Origin: Lama glama
Taxonomy: Eukaryota
Assembly (NCBI GenBank): GCA_028534125.1
Contig: CM052818.1
Location: 16,866,001-16,930,000 of the forward strand
Length of the DNA: 64,000 nt
Direction: 5' to 3'
A program made the position numbers and the translations under genes. Positions within the stretch are counted from its first letter, which is position 1; each line of letters opens with the position of its first letter. The notes beneath the pieces are model-generated. The model was given only the letters and a program-made list of their open reading frames with translations. It ran no database searches and had not been told where the DNA came from. Shown one piece after another: positions 24,212-37,000 of the stretch.

Positions 24212-27200
24212 GTTCCTTTAGGTTCAAATAGCTGTAATTCTAAGTAATAGCAAGGAGAATTAATATAAATTTTTAAAAAATCATATATTGCTTTGAGATA
24301 TACTCAAACTGTTATTTAAAACCATATCTGTTTCTTCTTTTTTTTTTCCTGTCGTCTAAACACAGAGATCTAATAATGGACCATTATGGAAAATAGAATG
24401 ATTTTCATGATTTATATACACATTTTTATGTTGCTTATAATGGTTTTCAGATTAATGCCTAAACTAATATCATTGAAAAGAAACATGATTTGAAAGGCTA
24501 AAGTATTTATATTTATATAAAGTATTCAGTATTTATATTGAACTAGGGAGCCTGTCGTAGACAATGAAATGTTATATACAGTTTGAACTTTTTTTTCCAG
24601 TCATTTGTTTTCTGCTACTCCCTAAGATTAAGGTAGATTAAGGTAATTTTTAGCTCTGTTTCACATAGGCAACAATCTCCTTAGGCTAACAATACAGAAT
24701 ATTGAAGGATTAATAACATAATAAAATTCTAATTCAATACCCAAAGTAAAGAAATCAATTCACTGGATTATCATCAATACATATTTAGATATTTCTAGGT
24801 ATACTTCTAAAAAAACCAGAATTTCTGTATTTCCTATTAAAAACCGAACTCATTTCTTTTTATAATAACTACTGCATTTTCTTAAGTGTCAAGCACCTTT
24901 GAACCTCTTAAATCCGTTAAAACGTGTTCTCTTTTCCTGGCTTATGCAAAAAATATTATTGCCTGCCTCTCAAATATAATAAAAAAGACTTTCCTTCTTA
25001 CCCCGGTACTGTTGTAGAAAATACTATTCAGAAATAGTATTCATTTAATTCTTCACTACTAGGGCTAAATGCTTTTCAGGTATAGAGCATAACAAATTAC
25101 CAGTAAAACCCACACAGTAAGATAATTTTTTTTCAAGCTGTTAGAATAGGTAATATATATCTTACTTTGTCCTTTGTTTTCTTATAGTTTTAATACTTTT
25201 CAAATATCAGTCAAATCAAATTTGATTTCATTTCATGCCTCCAGAAAACATATGATCAAAAGAGTTGTGCAAATCCATTAGCACCTTTGACGTCTTCACT
25301 GAAGTTTAGGAAGCTGTTGACAGAAGCTGGCGTGTTGAAGCCTTCATTGGGCAGAGCTAACTTAACAGAGTTTTCCCCTGAAAGGCCTGTTAATGCTAAT
25401 CTCTGGTATATGGGACATGTTCTTAATAGAACAATGCTCCTGAAATCTTGTTAACTGGAGATTGTAACACAAAGCTGACTTAATTCACCAGTGTTTCCCT
25501 TTCTTTGGTAATAAAATCCAGGAAAATGGCGTATATTTTGACAGCATGTGAGTGTACTAATCAAAGATAATTCTACTATCTTTTCTCCTAAAATATTTTT
25601 AAGTGCATGTTTATTTTTGTTTTACCATTGTCATTGTTTTTATTTGCTATTTCGATGAGTGGCGTACCTGAGAGGCAGCAGTTTATTTCAGTGGGTTCAA
25701 TAATATATCGTGTCCATGTTAAGAATCTTTCTGATTCCCTGAGATCTTTAGGTCTTTGCAGAAGGGAAGGGAAGGGATTTCAAGTTGAAAATCATGTGAT
25801 CCACAAGAGAAGGGCCTTTCTGTCAATTCTCTATCTCACCCAGGCCATCACTATGAGTCAGTTACACAGTCATAGTCTACAAAAGGTATAATCCAAGAAA
25901 TGTTTTTTTTTTTGAACACAAGATAGTTTCCTTTCATCAGCATATGGGTTCTTTCTCCATGCTGCTGAAATACACCTCTGACTGATCAATAGATCATTCA
26001 AAACACATTTATGGAGTATCCTACCATATGTCTGACGCATAACCAGGCATTATGATACATTTCATAAATGTAGAAATGGTGCTGTGTCTTTGGTGCTTGT
26101 CAGTTGACTTCATTTTTCTTTGCATCTTATTTATGTAAGAGGTAATTCTTTACTCAGTTCTTTACTTTCCCTTTGTTTTGCTTAATCAGAAAAGAAAGTT
26201 ACGGATTATAATAACAGCTCAATATTATTTAGCTTACAAAATGAAGAGGAATTCTTGGAGTGAGGCCATCTTTATAAAAATATAATTTTGCATTTTAACT
26301 ACAAAGCCATCACTTGATATTAAGCAGAAAAGAAAAAAAAAACACTAGAGTAGAACTCTCTGAGCTCCAACATTAGATCACTTTACTTTGTAGCCTGAAT
26401 TTCTTGATTTGTAAAAGTGATTTCTAAGAACTGACATATCTGATAATGGTTTGTGAAACTTGGAAGAAATATGTTTTCAAAACATACTTGTTTTAAGTAT
26501 ATTTGCTATTATCTTGGTAGACAGTTACATATAATTTTCCAAAGTTTGAGGTTTTTAATTTTTTAAAATATACCTCAGAGATAACAATGTGGATAAATAA
26601 AAAGATGTATTTGGAAAAATAAAAGCTTAACACAATCTCAGCTTTTTATCCATATATAATAAGCAAAATCCTTTTAGAAATATGAAGTAGGATTATTTTT
26701 GACAAGTGTCTGAAAATAGAATATGAATGATTGATTGCATGGTTACATGAAAAATTAATTTTTTCACAAAAAGAAAAAAGGACTTTCAGAGTCTTCACCA
26801 AAAGTGAAGTTAACTACTGTGCTTCATAATAGGAGGAAGGCATTTTGATGATTGTTTTGTGTTGTTGAACTTTTAAAGCAGTTAGCTAATTGAACAAAAT
26901 TAGTTCTAAATATTCAGAATGCCAACCCATTTTTTAAATTCCCTGTAATGTTTGGTTAAACTATTGTGGTGGGAAGTTCTTCAGTACTAAAGTTGACATC
27001 AAGTTACAAACTTTCCAATGATGATTTAAATACAACTGTCAAAATCTGAGTTGAATAAAACAATCTAGCATCAGATACTGCCTAATAAAAATCTCTGAAG
27101 TGCTACTTCTAACCCGTCATGAACATTTTAGTCTAGCAAAATACCTTGCATATTGTGGGCATTTATACATATTTGTTGGCCTAAAACATTCCTCCAATTT

Positions 27201-27349
27201 TAAGATATAGAGACTTAAATTATAAATGTATAAATTATATAGTTTGTATATTATAAATGACAAATTTTAATTTATAATACAAATTCATTTTGTACATAAC
27301 TTTGTTATATTAGTTTACTATGCTACTTAAATATATTAATATCTCAGCA

Positions 27350-27466
27350 AGATGAAGTTACTTGCCCACATTAACAGTGTTTGTATGGTGGACGGCCTGG
27401 ATTCTTACCTATTTTTATCTGACTCAAAAATTATTCTTGTTCTAAGCCACTATGTTATACTGCCTC
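27350..27466 (-). mobile_element. MIR fragment
   Basis: 'gaagttacttgcccacattaacag...tctgactcaaaa...ctaagccactatgttatactgcctc'. Confidence 0.65.
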
Positions 27467-27654
27467 AACCAAACGCAAAGATGTTCAGTTTCCAGTTTAA
27501 AAAAAAACTTTATCTCAGTCATCTTTTAAAGGGTAATATGATCTCCTTTATGCTGTTCTCCAGAATATTTAGTTGGATTCTCACATGGCTGTGAGTAGAT
27601 AACAGCAAGGTTATACAGTTATGTTTTTTGTAAGAATTATTATATATTGTTTAT

Positions 27655-27775
27655 TGGTTCATTCATCAATTATAAGAAATTAACAACTATTAAGTAGCAG
27701 GCATTGTGTTTTCCCCTGGGAATACAGAGAAAACCAGAGTTGATTTCTTTTCACAGAGCAAAGTCTAGGTAAGGG
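27655..27775 (-). mobile_element. L2 3' end
   Basis: 'ttcattcatcaa...caggcattgtg...ctgggaatacagag'. Confidence 0.55.
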
Positions 27776-29476
27776 GGCTGTGTTATGGAAGGTATATTCA
27801 TGGTTTGTACTTTTTACATTGAAAACCCGGACATGACCATATGCTCAGGATCTTGATTTTTGAGTATTGATCCAGATGATTTATTTCAGTTATATCTAAT
27901 TTTTTTAATTTACATGAAACAACTGATGTCTATAGATGTTTCCAAAATAAATTATAGTCTGTAATACATAGATTGTCCCAAACAATGTATTACAATCATG
28001 ATCCCTCAGTGATTTAAACACTTCTAATATACCAAGGCTATAGAAATCTAAAAGATCCTTGAATTTATGACTTAGATCAAGATTTCAGGTCGCAGAAGGA
28101 AAACAAGAATAAAACATTTTAAAAATAAAAAATAAAACCTGCTCTACTACTGTGAATAACTAAAACCAAAAATCTGTGTCTTTTTCTTTTTAGTTTCCAA
28201 AACTAGAACATTTTAGGGTTTATAGTGACTGAGAGCCTGTTTTCACATTTAGCAGATGTGAAGAGAATATTAAATTTTTTAGCACCACAATTTAGATATT
28301 AGAACATTAAAATTCAAAGAGGTCTATAGCTACCCTCATTTAATTTGAGGAATTAACACAGAGATTTGGTGATGTGCCCAGAGTTTCCCCTATCTTATAG
28401 AAGAGGAAAATGGGACTCAGTAAATGAAAATTTCTGGCCCCAAACAACCTGTTTTGTAAGTAAAAGAGCTGAATACTAACTTACTAGCCTCACCTGATTT
28501 TGGCTGGAATGTCATCTATCAGCCCTCTGCTTCAGGATTTTGCACACAGTATGTGTGTTTGGGTGGCATAAGTGAATGTGATTATGTTGATTTTTTCCTA
28601 GCATTTAAAGGTTATTTTTTATTGCTAGAGATTTATTATTCATTTTGGATTAATACAATTAATTACCTCAAAGTTTAATTTTGAGTGTTTGTACCCATAT
28701 TTCCTTAGAGAACTTTCATATTTTCAAAGCAAATGTCATCTGCTGGCCTGTCAATTATCATTATTATTGGAAACATTTGCATTTTTTAAGTTGCAGGGTG
28801 GAGTAATCGACTAGAATTTACTTTACTTTTCAAATAAAATTAAAGCCTTCTTTTAGAACCAATAGTTGAGGTCCCTCAACTAAATATCAACATATTTTTA
28901 AACGTAATTTTTCTCTGTATTATTGAAAAAAACAACTGGATGAAATTACATAAGAAATTGAAACTAAAGGTCAGATATAATTTTCTTTGGTAGGCCTTTT
29001 AGTATGCCTAAATACAATCTTATTTTAAAGATATCATTAGATTTTCATTTATCTCATATTATTCTATCTTTCACTTAGGAGTTTAAATCTTTTCAAGATG
29101 ATCAAAAAGGTGACTTTGTAAAGATCAATTGTGGTTTATGAGGCCTGTTTGAATTACAAAATTATAGGGAAGCTGAGCCTACATGGTAGGAGATACCCCA
29201 TGTGAAAGCAGTTTTGAAAAGTAAGCTTTTCCTGGGCTGTCTGAGGTTATCTGTGTTATTTACAAAAAATACAAATCTAAGGGAAACCCTAGTCATTTTG
29301 TTGCCTTTCTGATATGAAAAAGGACAAATCTAATAGCCTGGTCTGTACTGCTGAAGAGCAGGAAAGATATAAAAAGATGCTGACTGAATCATAGAGTATC
29401 AGAGCTGCAAGAAGGAAGCACCATCTAAGTGTGATCTAAGGACCATGTGCCTCAGCATCATTAGGGCTCATTTATT

Positions 29477-30351
29477 TTTTTTTAGCATTTTTTATTGATT
29501 TATAATCGGTTTACAATGTTGTGTCAAATTCCAGTGTTCAGCACAATTTTTCAGTCATTCATGGACATATACACACTCATTGTCACATTTTTTTCTCTGT
29601 GATTTATCATAACATTTTGTGTATATTTCCCTGTGCTATACAGTGTAATCTTGTTTATCTATTCTACAATTTTGAAATCCCAGTCTATCCCTTCCCACCC
29701 TCTACCCCNNNNNNNNNNNNNNNNNNNNNNNNNNNNNNNNNNNNNNNNNNNNNNNNNNNNNNNNNNNNNNNNNNNNNNNNNNNNNNNNNNNNNNNNNNNN
29801 NNNNNNNNNNNNNNNNNNNNNNNNNNNNNNNNNNNNNNNNNNNNNNNNNNNNNNNNNNNNNNNNNNNNNNNNNNNNNNNNNNNNNNNNNNNNNNNNNNNN
29901 NNNNNNNNNNNNNNNNNNNNNNNNNNNNNNNNNNNNNNNNNNNNNNNNNNNNNNNNNNNNNNNNNNNNNNNNNNNNNNNNNNNNNNNNNNNNNNNNNNNN
30001 NNNNNNNNNNNNNNNNNNNNNNNNNNNNNNNNNNNNNNNNNNNNNNNNNNNNNNNNNNNNNNNNNNNNNNNNNNNNNNNNNNNNNNNNNNNNNNNNNNNN
30101 NNNNNNNNNNNNNNNNNNNNNNNNNNNNNNNNNNNNNNNNNNNNNNNNNNNNNNNNNNNNNNNNNNNNNNNNNNNNNNNNNNNNNNNNNNNNNNNNNNNN
30201 NNNNNNNNAAGTCTTTAATCCATTTTGAGTTGATTTTTGTATATGGTGTAAGGGAGTGTTCTAGCTTCAATGTTTTACATGCTGCTGTCCAGTTTTCCCA
30301 ACACCATTTGCTGAAGAGACTGTCTTTATTCCATTGTATATTCTTGCCTCC
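29477..30351 (-). mobile_element. Young camelid-type L1, 5'-truncated in ORF2, containing the assembly gap
   Basis: T tail and 3'UTR left of the gap; ORF2 remnant (minus-strand [20 protein letters not shown]) right of it; 15-bp TSD tagggctcatttatt (29462-29476) / tagggctcctttatt (30352-30366). Confidence 0.92.
29709..30208. other. Assembly gap, 500 N
   Basis: run of exactly 500 n. Confidence 0.99.
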
Positions 30352-30473
30352 TAGGGCTCCTTTATTACCAAGGTAGATCCAGATCCCTGACTCAGACCTG
30401 GCGTTGGGTCTTACCTAGGAATCTAAGACACACACAAACACACACACACAGGAAATAGTCAGTTAGAACTACT

Positions 30474-30600
30474 TACCTAATCTTAGCATTTCAGTTTACA
30501 GATGAGTAAACTGAGGCCCAAAGAGATATAATAATTTACCTGAGATTGCCTAGTTTGTCATCGGCTTCCTTCAGATTCAGGTTTTCTGACGTCATACCAG
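30474..30600 (-). mobile_element. MIR (probable continuation of the fragment at about 29386-29425)
   Basis: 'cagtttacagatgagtaaactgaggcccaaagag' is the reversed MIR core. Confidence 0.8.
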
Positions 30601-30924
30601 TGATTCCCATCTCAATTCAACACAGTGACGACACATGGAACCAGTCACTGTGGATTTCGTTATGGTTCTTTTCCTCATGAGATTCAAGTAATTGAGTTGT
30701 TTTTAAACCCACACGAAGAGAAGCTGAGGATCAAATCCTTTAAAATTGCAAAACCAATTAATTGTCTTGACAAGTCCAAGATGTATTCATGAGCCTCATT
30801 TTGAGCAAAACTGACAAAAGCTTATTCACTTATGATTTGTTAATGCCTCTGGTTTATCTCGAAAACACGTGCATTCAGATAATCAAAGCTGATTAAAAAT
30901 AATGGGTAAGGTGGGAGCTAGGAA

Positions 30925-31235
30925 TATTCTAATATCTCTAGAGCAGTATTACATTGTGCTGCTAATTTGCATTTCCCTAATGGCTAGCATTCCCTTGTGC
31001 TTAGTTGCCATCCACATATCCTATTTGGTGAAGTGTCTGTTCAGTTATTTTACCCATTTTTAGATTGGGGATTTTACTTATGTTGAGATTTGAGAGTTAT
31101 TTATATGGTCTGGATACAAGTCCTTTGTCAGATATGAGATTTGCATGTTTTCCCAGACTATAGCTTGTCTTATTATTTCTATAATCCTTGATTTCCACAG
31201 AGAAAAAAGTTTTAATTTGGATGAAGTGTAGCATT
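30925..31235 (-). mobile_element. Old L1 (L1M) ORF2 3' fragment
   Basis: 'aatttgcatttccctaatggcta...ttggtgaagtgtctgttca...ggatacaagtcctttgtcagatatg'. Confidence 0.85.
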
Positions 31236-31559
31236 TTAAAATACTTTTCATACTTCCACACCACATCTGCACACCCCCTTAGTATTTTTAATACATTGGG
31301 AAAAACGTTGAGTAGATGATATTTGAGTTCTGTATTATATCGATCCTATGTTGACCTTCACCCTTGATTATTCATTCTGTCATTTTTTGTTGTCTACCTA
31401 AACCAGCTCACCCATAGGATTTTTCACTCTCTGTTAAGATTTCATTTTATTTCCAAACCTGAGTCAATGTTAGGCTTTTCCAACTCCCTTTACCCCTGTC
31501 AGTTTCCAAGTTGAGCAGATTATTTTTGTTCAACTTTTCTTCATATATAAAATATTCCC

Positions 31560-31800
31560 TATTTTCCATTCATGTCATCATCAGCCTAGTCAAGGTCTTT
31601 ATCTCCTTATGCAACTCTGCTAACTGATCTGCTAACACCGATTTTCCAGGTTTTAGTATGTCATGCGTGACTAAAATAATATTTTCATTATATTATCCCT
31701 TTTCAAAAACTTTATGCAGTTTAACATTGCTGAGAGGGTGTCATCCAAACTTGGAAACCTATTATTATTTAAGGTCTCCCATATTTTAGCCTTGTTTTTC
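31560..31800 (+). mobile_element. L2 fragment
   Basis: 'cagcctagtcaaggtctttatctc...cccttttcaaaaactttatgcagtttaacattgc...tccaaact'. Confidence 0.5.
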
Positions 31801-32269
31801 CTTGCTTGCCTACCATTATTACTCAAATGTGAACAATCAGCTCCACTCAAAATGCCATTTCTGTTTGCACCAGTGTTGTGAATAATACATAAGAAATAGC
31901 TTCTACTCTCCTGCTCTTAGAAAATAGTGTTTATGGTTTACAAATCAAACTAGTGTTTGAGTGACACTGGAAGTCAACCACCGTTTCCACACAAATATAA
32001 GGATGGGGGTGGAAAAAAAGTCGTTTAAAAAAATCTGCTTAGAAGGTATGCAATTGAGCATTAATCTTACAAATTTAGGAGATTCTTGGGAGATCCCACT
32101 TTGTGCATCTATTTCCAATAAAAATTACCTCTCTGAAACAAATTTTCCAGGAACTAAAATGTATGTAAGAAACTTAGAGAAGCAAGGCGTTATTACCACG
32201 TTCATCTCAGAAACACAAGGCTACTGCTTAGTAATCTATTGTCCTCCATATCCAGGGACACAGACATTT

Positions 32270-32400
32270 CTGATAGTTAAGTTCTGATAGTTTCAGGCTA
32301 GCAAACTTACTCTGGCTATCAAGAAAAATAGGAAAGTTTATTGAAAAAATAGGTAAGTTGATTGAGATCCTAGGCTCATAACCAAAACTTGAGAATTTCA
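32270..32400 (-). mobile_element. Old MaLR/ERVL LTR fragment (MLT1K/LTR33-like)
   Basis: 'caaacttactctggctatcaagaaaaataggaaagtttattgaa' resembles a reversed LTR polyA region. Confidence 0.45.
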
Positions 32401-32904
32401 TGTGATTTCTTTTTGGAGCATTTTTGTTTTTATGATTCATTTTCAAGGGGTCCGAATTTCTTTTGTTAGATTCCAATATTTGGAAAAGAAAAGCTGATAA
32501 CCTAGCCTGCTGTAGGTATCTCCTCTGTATAATGTTGCTATGGCCAGGAAGACCGCCTAGCATAGAAACAACTACTGAAGGTCAAATCTTACTTGATCAA
32601 AAATTGTTTTCAACAAAGAAAAAAATTGTTATGAGCTGATAAAGCTCCCCTCTCCCCAGTGGAGTTCAGTATTTGTTGTAAATAGTTTATTGAGCTGAAT
32701 GGAACATGGGGATTTTATGGTCTCTGTGTATATAGATGGTATCTGGAGGCCTCCAGAGCTTTGACAGTGCCTAAGAAAGTCCACGAGACAAGGGTACTAG
32801 GTCAGGTCTAGAAGATCTTATGAAACATTAAATTAGGTAAGAGCTACAGAGTATACAGGACACGATATAAATACTTTTGTTCTTCATGTTCATCGTAATT
32901 TAAA

Positions 32905-33200
32905 ATATCCAGCTGTTCTACTCAAACCTGGTAACGTCTCAGTGACTTTCCACAAGGAAGATAACACTTATCTAATCTACTCCTGTTGCATGTCCGACAC
33001 TAAGTAGGCTGTGGCTCCTTTCCACGTTGTCTTCATTCTGGGATACAGTCTTAAGGCAGAGGGAAAAGAAGGTGGTAGGAAACCCCACAGTAGCTCTTAA
33101 AGCTTGGGCTGGAAGCAGTGTTCATTTGTTCTCCTGTTTCTTTGATGAAAGCAAGCTACATGGCCTTCTCTCAGTTGGGCATTAGAGATAGAGAATATTT
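32905..33200 (-). mobile_element. MLT1I/J-like MaLR LTR
   Basis: 'tctcagtgactt...ggctgtggctcctttccacgttgtcttcattctgggatacag...ggcagagggaaaagaa...gctcttaaagctt...aagcaagctacatggcc'. Confidence 0.65.
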
Positions 33201-33277
33201 ATGAAGAACTCTGCCTGCTATACTTGGTATTAAGCTGTCTCTGTTCCAGCTCAGCCAACCTCCATGTAAACGTGAGG

Positions 33278-33860
33278 TTTCTAAAATTGTTCAACTATGA
33301 TATAAGTACAAAACTGTGTACATATTTCGACAAGTCTTGATGAACTTTGACAAACTGAACGCATTTGTGTGAGCAGCACCCAAGGGAACACAAGAACAAT
33401 AGGGGAGTTTCAGAAGTCCCTCATCCCCCTTCTACTCACTAGACCCCATTAGAGGAGGTAACTACTGTCTGCTTTGTAGTCAGCATGAGGAGTTAGTAGT
33501 TCATGTGATGAAAATGCTCACTATAATCTCTGTTATCTTACATCTTTCGCTCAACAGTCTATTCTTGAGACTTCTCTATGTTGTTGCATAAAGTTGTAGG
33601 TTGTTCATTCTCATTATAGTACAGTTTCCATTGTGTGGTAGTTTTTATCCATTTCATTCTTGATTTGAGCACAGTTAGGTAGTTTTCAGTTTTGTGCTTT
33701 TATGGATAGTGTTGCTATTCATAACATTTATTTTAGTGGATGTCATTTGGTGAACATGCATAGTCTTTTCTGTCGGGTCTGTACTTAGAAGTGAAAAGTC
33801 AAGGTCATGGAGTATGCTTTTATTGAGCTCTAGTGAAGAACACTGGTATTCCAAAGTGAT
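33278..33860 (-). mobile_element. L1ME-type 3' region
   Basis: 'gatgaactttgacaaactgaacgcatttgtgtgagcagcaccca...tttcgctcaacagtctattcttgagact...tacttagaagtgaaaagtcaaggtcatgg'. Confidence 0.8.
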
Positions 33861-35294
33861 ACTTCCTTTCATTTTAAAAGGAATTATATGAGACATCTGA
33901 TGGGAATCCAGTGTGAAAGGAGATGTATTATAACCTGAAATGGACTAAGCATTTAAAATTAGGCAAGAGAGAAAATGCATGCTACAAATTTCCGACAGAG
34001 CCAGGAACATTGTTGCCCTAGAGGCGATGACTGAGATCCTGGTATAGGCAGCTCATATGTTAATAGATGTGTTTCAAGACTAAGGAAGAGCTGAGCCTTA
34101 TTTTATTTATAGTAGATAGTATATGATGCAGAGCTTTTTGAACTTCTTTTTTTTTAATTTAAAAACATCTGCCTAAAGTTTCAAGTGCTTTTAAATTAGC
34201 GTAGTCTTGCATAGGTGCTAATAAAACTACTGTGTGTGACAATTGATAATAAAATCCCTGTGTCGTGTCGGTATGTGAATGACTGTTTTTATTATTCAAG
34301 AGAGAACACGGGGCTTTGTTCATTTTCACAAAAGAACTCCTTCTTCAAGGTAGGATGGGCCTCCCTCCCTTGTCCTACTAAGCTACTGAACTGTCTCATA
34401 TTTCAGTTATTTCTACCTGCTCAGATAATTTTTCATAATCCAAATTGGTAGATATCGATAGCTGAATCTATTGGAGAGCACAAATAAAAATGAGCCGCGT
34501 TTGCCAGTGAAGAAGCGCAAGCCTAGACAACGGCCTAGTGCCAATTAGGAGGATCTATAAACGGATGCTGTGTTCTCTGTGGCCACAGCCAGGGACTTTA
34601 TGAAGAAATGAGTTCTTTTTTTTTTTTTTTCCAGCAGGCAGTATTCTCTGGGTTCCTGTGTGGTTTCCCCTGATAGCAAGTGGAACAGAACTCACATTGT
34701 GAGTCTTGCTAAGGGCAGACTGAGAAGACATACAGAGCACACTTAATTGGGTTCATTCAAACTCGACAAGTCTTTAAAATAAAATGGTCTCTTAAAGCAA
34801 AGTTATATATTATGTTACCCAGAATTAAAAATACTTCATAAATAAAAACATTAATTGTAGATATGAAAATCAATAACTTATTGCTATGGTGACATTTGAA
34901 AATAAGTCTTTTAAAATAGTTTACTTTTTTCTTCCTTTTTAAAAAGAAATTTTTCAGTACCATAGCCAGAGGGTCACACTTACTGCTTAAAAGAGTAGTG
35001 CCATTTGGAATACTAAGTATTAAGGCGTATTTCCCCAAAGCATTTTATACACATACAAATTATTTGCTGCTAATTATTGTGTGTTCTCACCACTTTTAAA
35101 AATTTAACTGCTATGAAAAAATTAATTGTATATTTACAATTCCTATATTGTGATATTCTGACATCAAGTATGAATTTCAGTGTTGGGTAAAAATGGTACC
35201 ATTTCTGTGCTAATACTGTTGCATTTTAGTAAGGCTGACTTACCACATCAAAGGTACCCACCTCAACAGTTTCTTCCAGGCTGCTTGCCCTCCT

Positions 35295-35820
35295 TAACTG
35301 GATAAACTCTTGCCAAGGTCACCAGGTTGCCAAACCTAATGATTACTTTTCCGTCCTCATTTATTTGGCTCAGCAGTAGCAAGTCACATAGGTGACCATC
35401 CCTCCCTTCTTCAAACACTCTGTGCTTTGGCATCCATGATGCTATACTCTGCTTCTAATTGACCACTTTCCTTGGCCTTTCTTGCTGACTTTTCCTGTTC
35501 TGTTGACTTCTAAATGCTGGTCTCAAAGACTGTCTGTAATCTTTCCCCAGATGCTTCCATACTGTGGCTTTCAATACTATCTATCTACTGATGGATCCCA
35601 AATATATCTCTCATCCTGATCCCTGCAGTGTGCTCCGGATTTCTATAAGTGACCACCTACTTGACATTTCCACTAGGCTGTCTAAGAAGTTTCTCAAACT
35701 TCTCAGGACTGAACAGCGCTGTACATGTTCCCTTTTCCCAAGCTTATAAATGTCATTACCTTATACCTGATTGTTCAAGCCATACCTAGAAGTCGTCCTT
35801 GATTCCTCAGTGACTCCCAC

Positions 35821-35852
<32 letters not shown>

Positions 35853-36150
35853 GTGCACATATACTCGAACAATGGAAAGTTTATTTACTTCCAGTTTACT
35901 TGTATCTTTCCATTTCCACAGCTAACACCCTAATTAAGCCATCCTCATCCAATAGCAAGATGACTGGAATAGCCTCTGACCTGATCTTCTCTAAAATCAA
36001 AACTCTTTATTCTAGATCTGTGTGACTTGACACCTTCTTCTGTCTGTGACCCTAAACTGCCTCCTACCTCACTCTCCTTCACTCACTTTGTTTCACTTAC
36101 TGATCTTTACATTTTATATACTCCAGGTGTGTTCCTACCTGAGGGCTTTA
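35295..36150 (+). mobile_element. L2 with degenerate RT region; internal (CA)n at 35827-35852
   Basis: 'gccaaggtcacca...gtggctttcaatactatctatctactgatggatcccaaatatatctc...cctacttgacatttccactaggctgtc' corresponds to the L2 YADD region. Confidence 0.85.
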
Positions 36151-36900
36151 TTGCGAACTAAATGAATAAACTATAGGTACATTGGAAGCATCTAGGACAA
36201 AATGGTGGTGGCATATTATCTACAAACAGCCCTGCTGATTTACTAATTTATTATTTTTTTCTCCTGCTTTCCTGCAGTTTCTCACTTGCATGCAGTCATC
36301 CCAAGTACACAAGCGAATTCTAATACCCAAATTTTAAAAAGTCATAATAAATTGTGGATACCTGCACCTAATCTTTGTGTTTCATTAGCGTGATGCAATT
36401 TTAAAACAAATATTCCTTCTTGAAGTTTCTTCACTAAGTATGTATACGGACTTCTGGGGTTCTGTTTCTTCTTGCTAGCTACTTATTTTTATCCAACTTT
36501 GAGGCTGCCCAGTCTTTTTTACCCTGGAGAAGTGGATGTTTTACTGTCTGGGCCCCAGGTTTACCTAGAGGCTTCAGATGTAGATTGTTGTCTTACCTGG
36601 GAGCCTGACCTTTTGACTGTGCCTGTGGCCTCTACATACCTATTTGCTGAGCCCTTAGGCCAAGCTTCTGTCTCCCTTTGCTGAACCCTGCCACATTCTA
36701 TTTTCAAGGAGTCATCGGCCCAAATATATCCTAGTGTTTTAAAAGTAGCTACTTTTATGATCAGAACTGTGAAATCATAGAATTTTAGGAATGGTAACCT
36801 TTTTAGGTATCGTCTACCCCTACATCATTATATTTAATGACGAGCCAAAGTGTAGTACTCACACCCTTAAACAATAATAATACCATACTCCAGTTGTATT

Positions 36901-37000
36901 TTTTTGTTTGTTTGTTTGTTTGTTTTTTACATTTTTTATTGATTCATAATCATTTTACAGTGTTGTGTCAAATTCCAGTGTTCAGCACAATTTTTCAGTC
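36901..37000 (-). mobile_element. About 100-bp young L1 3' terminus with (TTTG)n tail
   Basis: 67/71 nt identical to the L1 end near 29486-29556; flanked by cagttgtattttt / cagtcgtattttt. Confidence 0.88.

Larger units (their letters stand above)
29426..30473. mobile_element. MER5A-like MITE split by an L1 (pieces about 29426-29476 and 30367-30473)
   Basis: 'aagtgtgatctaaggacc...cagcatca' on the left continues as '...ccctgactcagacct...ggaatct...gttagaactact' on the right. Confidence 0.6.

Noticed and set aside
25020..25041. 9-bp perfect hairpin AATACTATT-caga-AATAGTATT
   Set aside because: Expected by chance in 64 kb of AT-rich DNA.
29521..30376. The longest ORFs in the track (203-247 aa)
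   Set aside because: They read through the 500-N gap; the real sequence is L1.
36240..36440. Strong plus-strand acceptor (tactaat branch point, long pyrimidine tract, cag at 36277)
   Set aside because: Downstream sequence is stop-rich with only a weak donor; no support for an exon.
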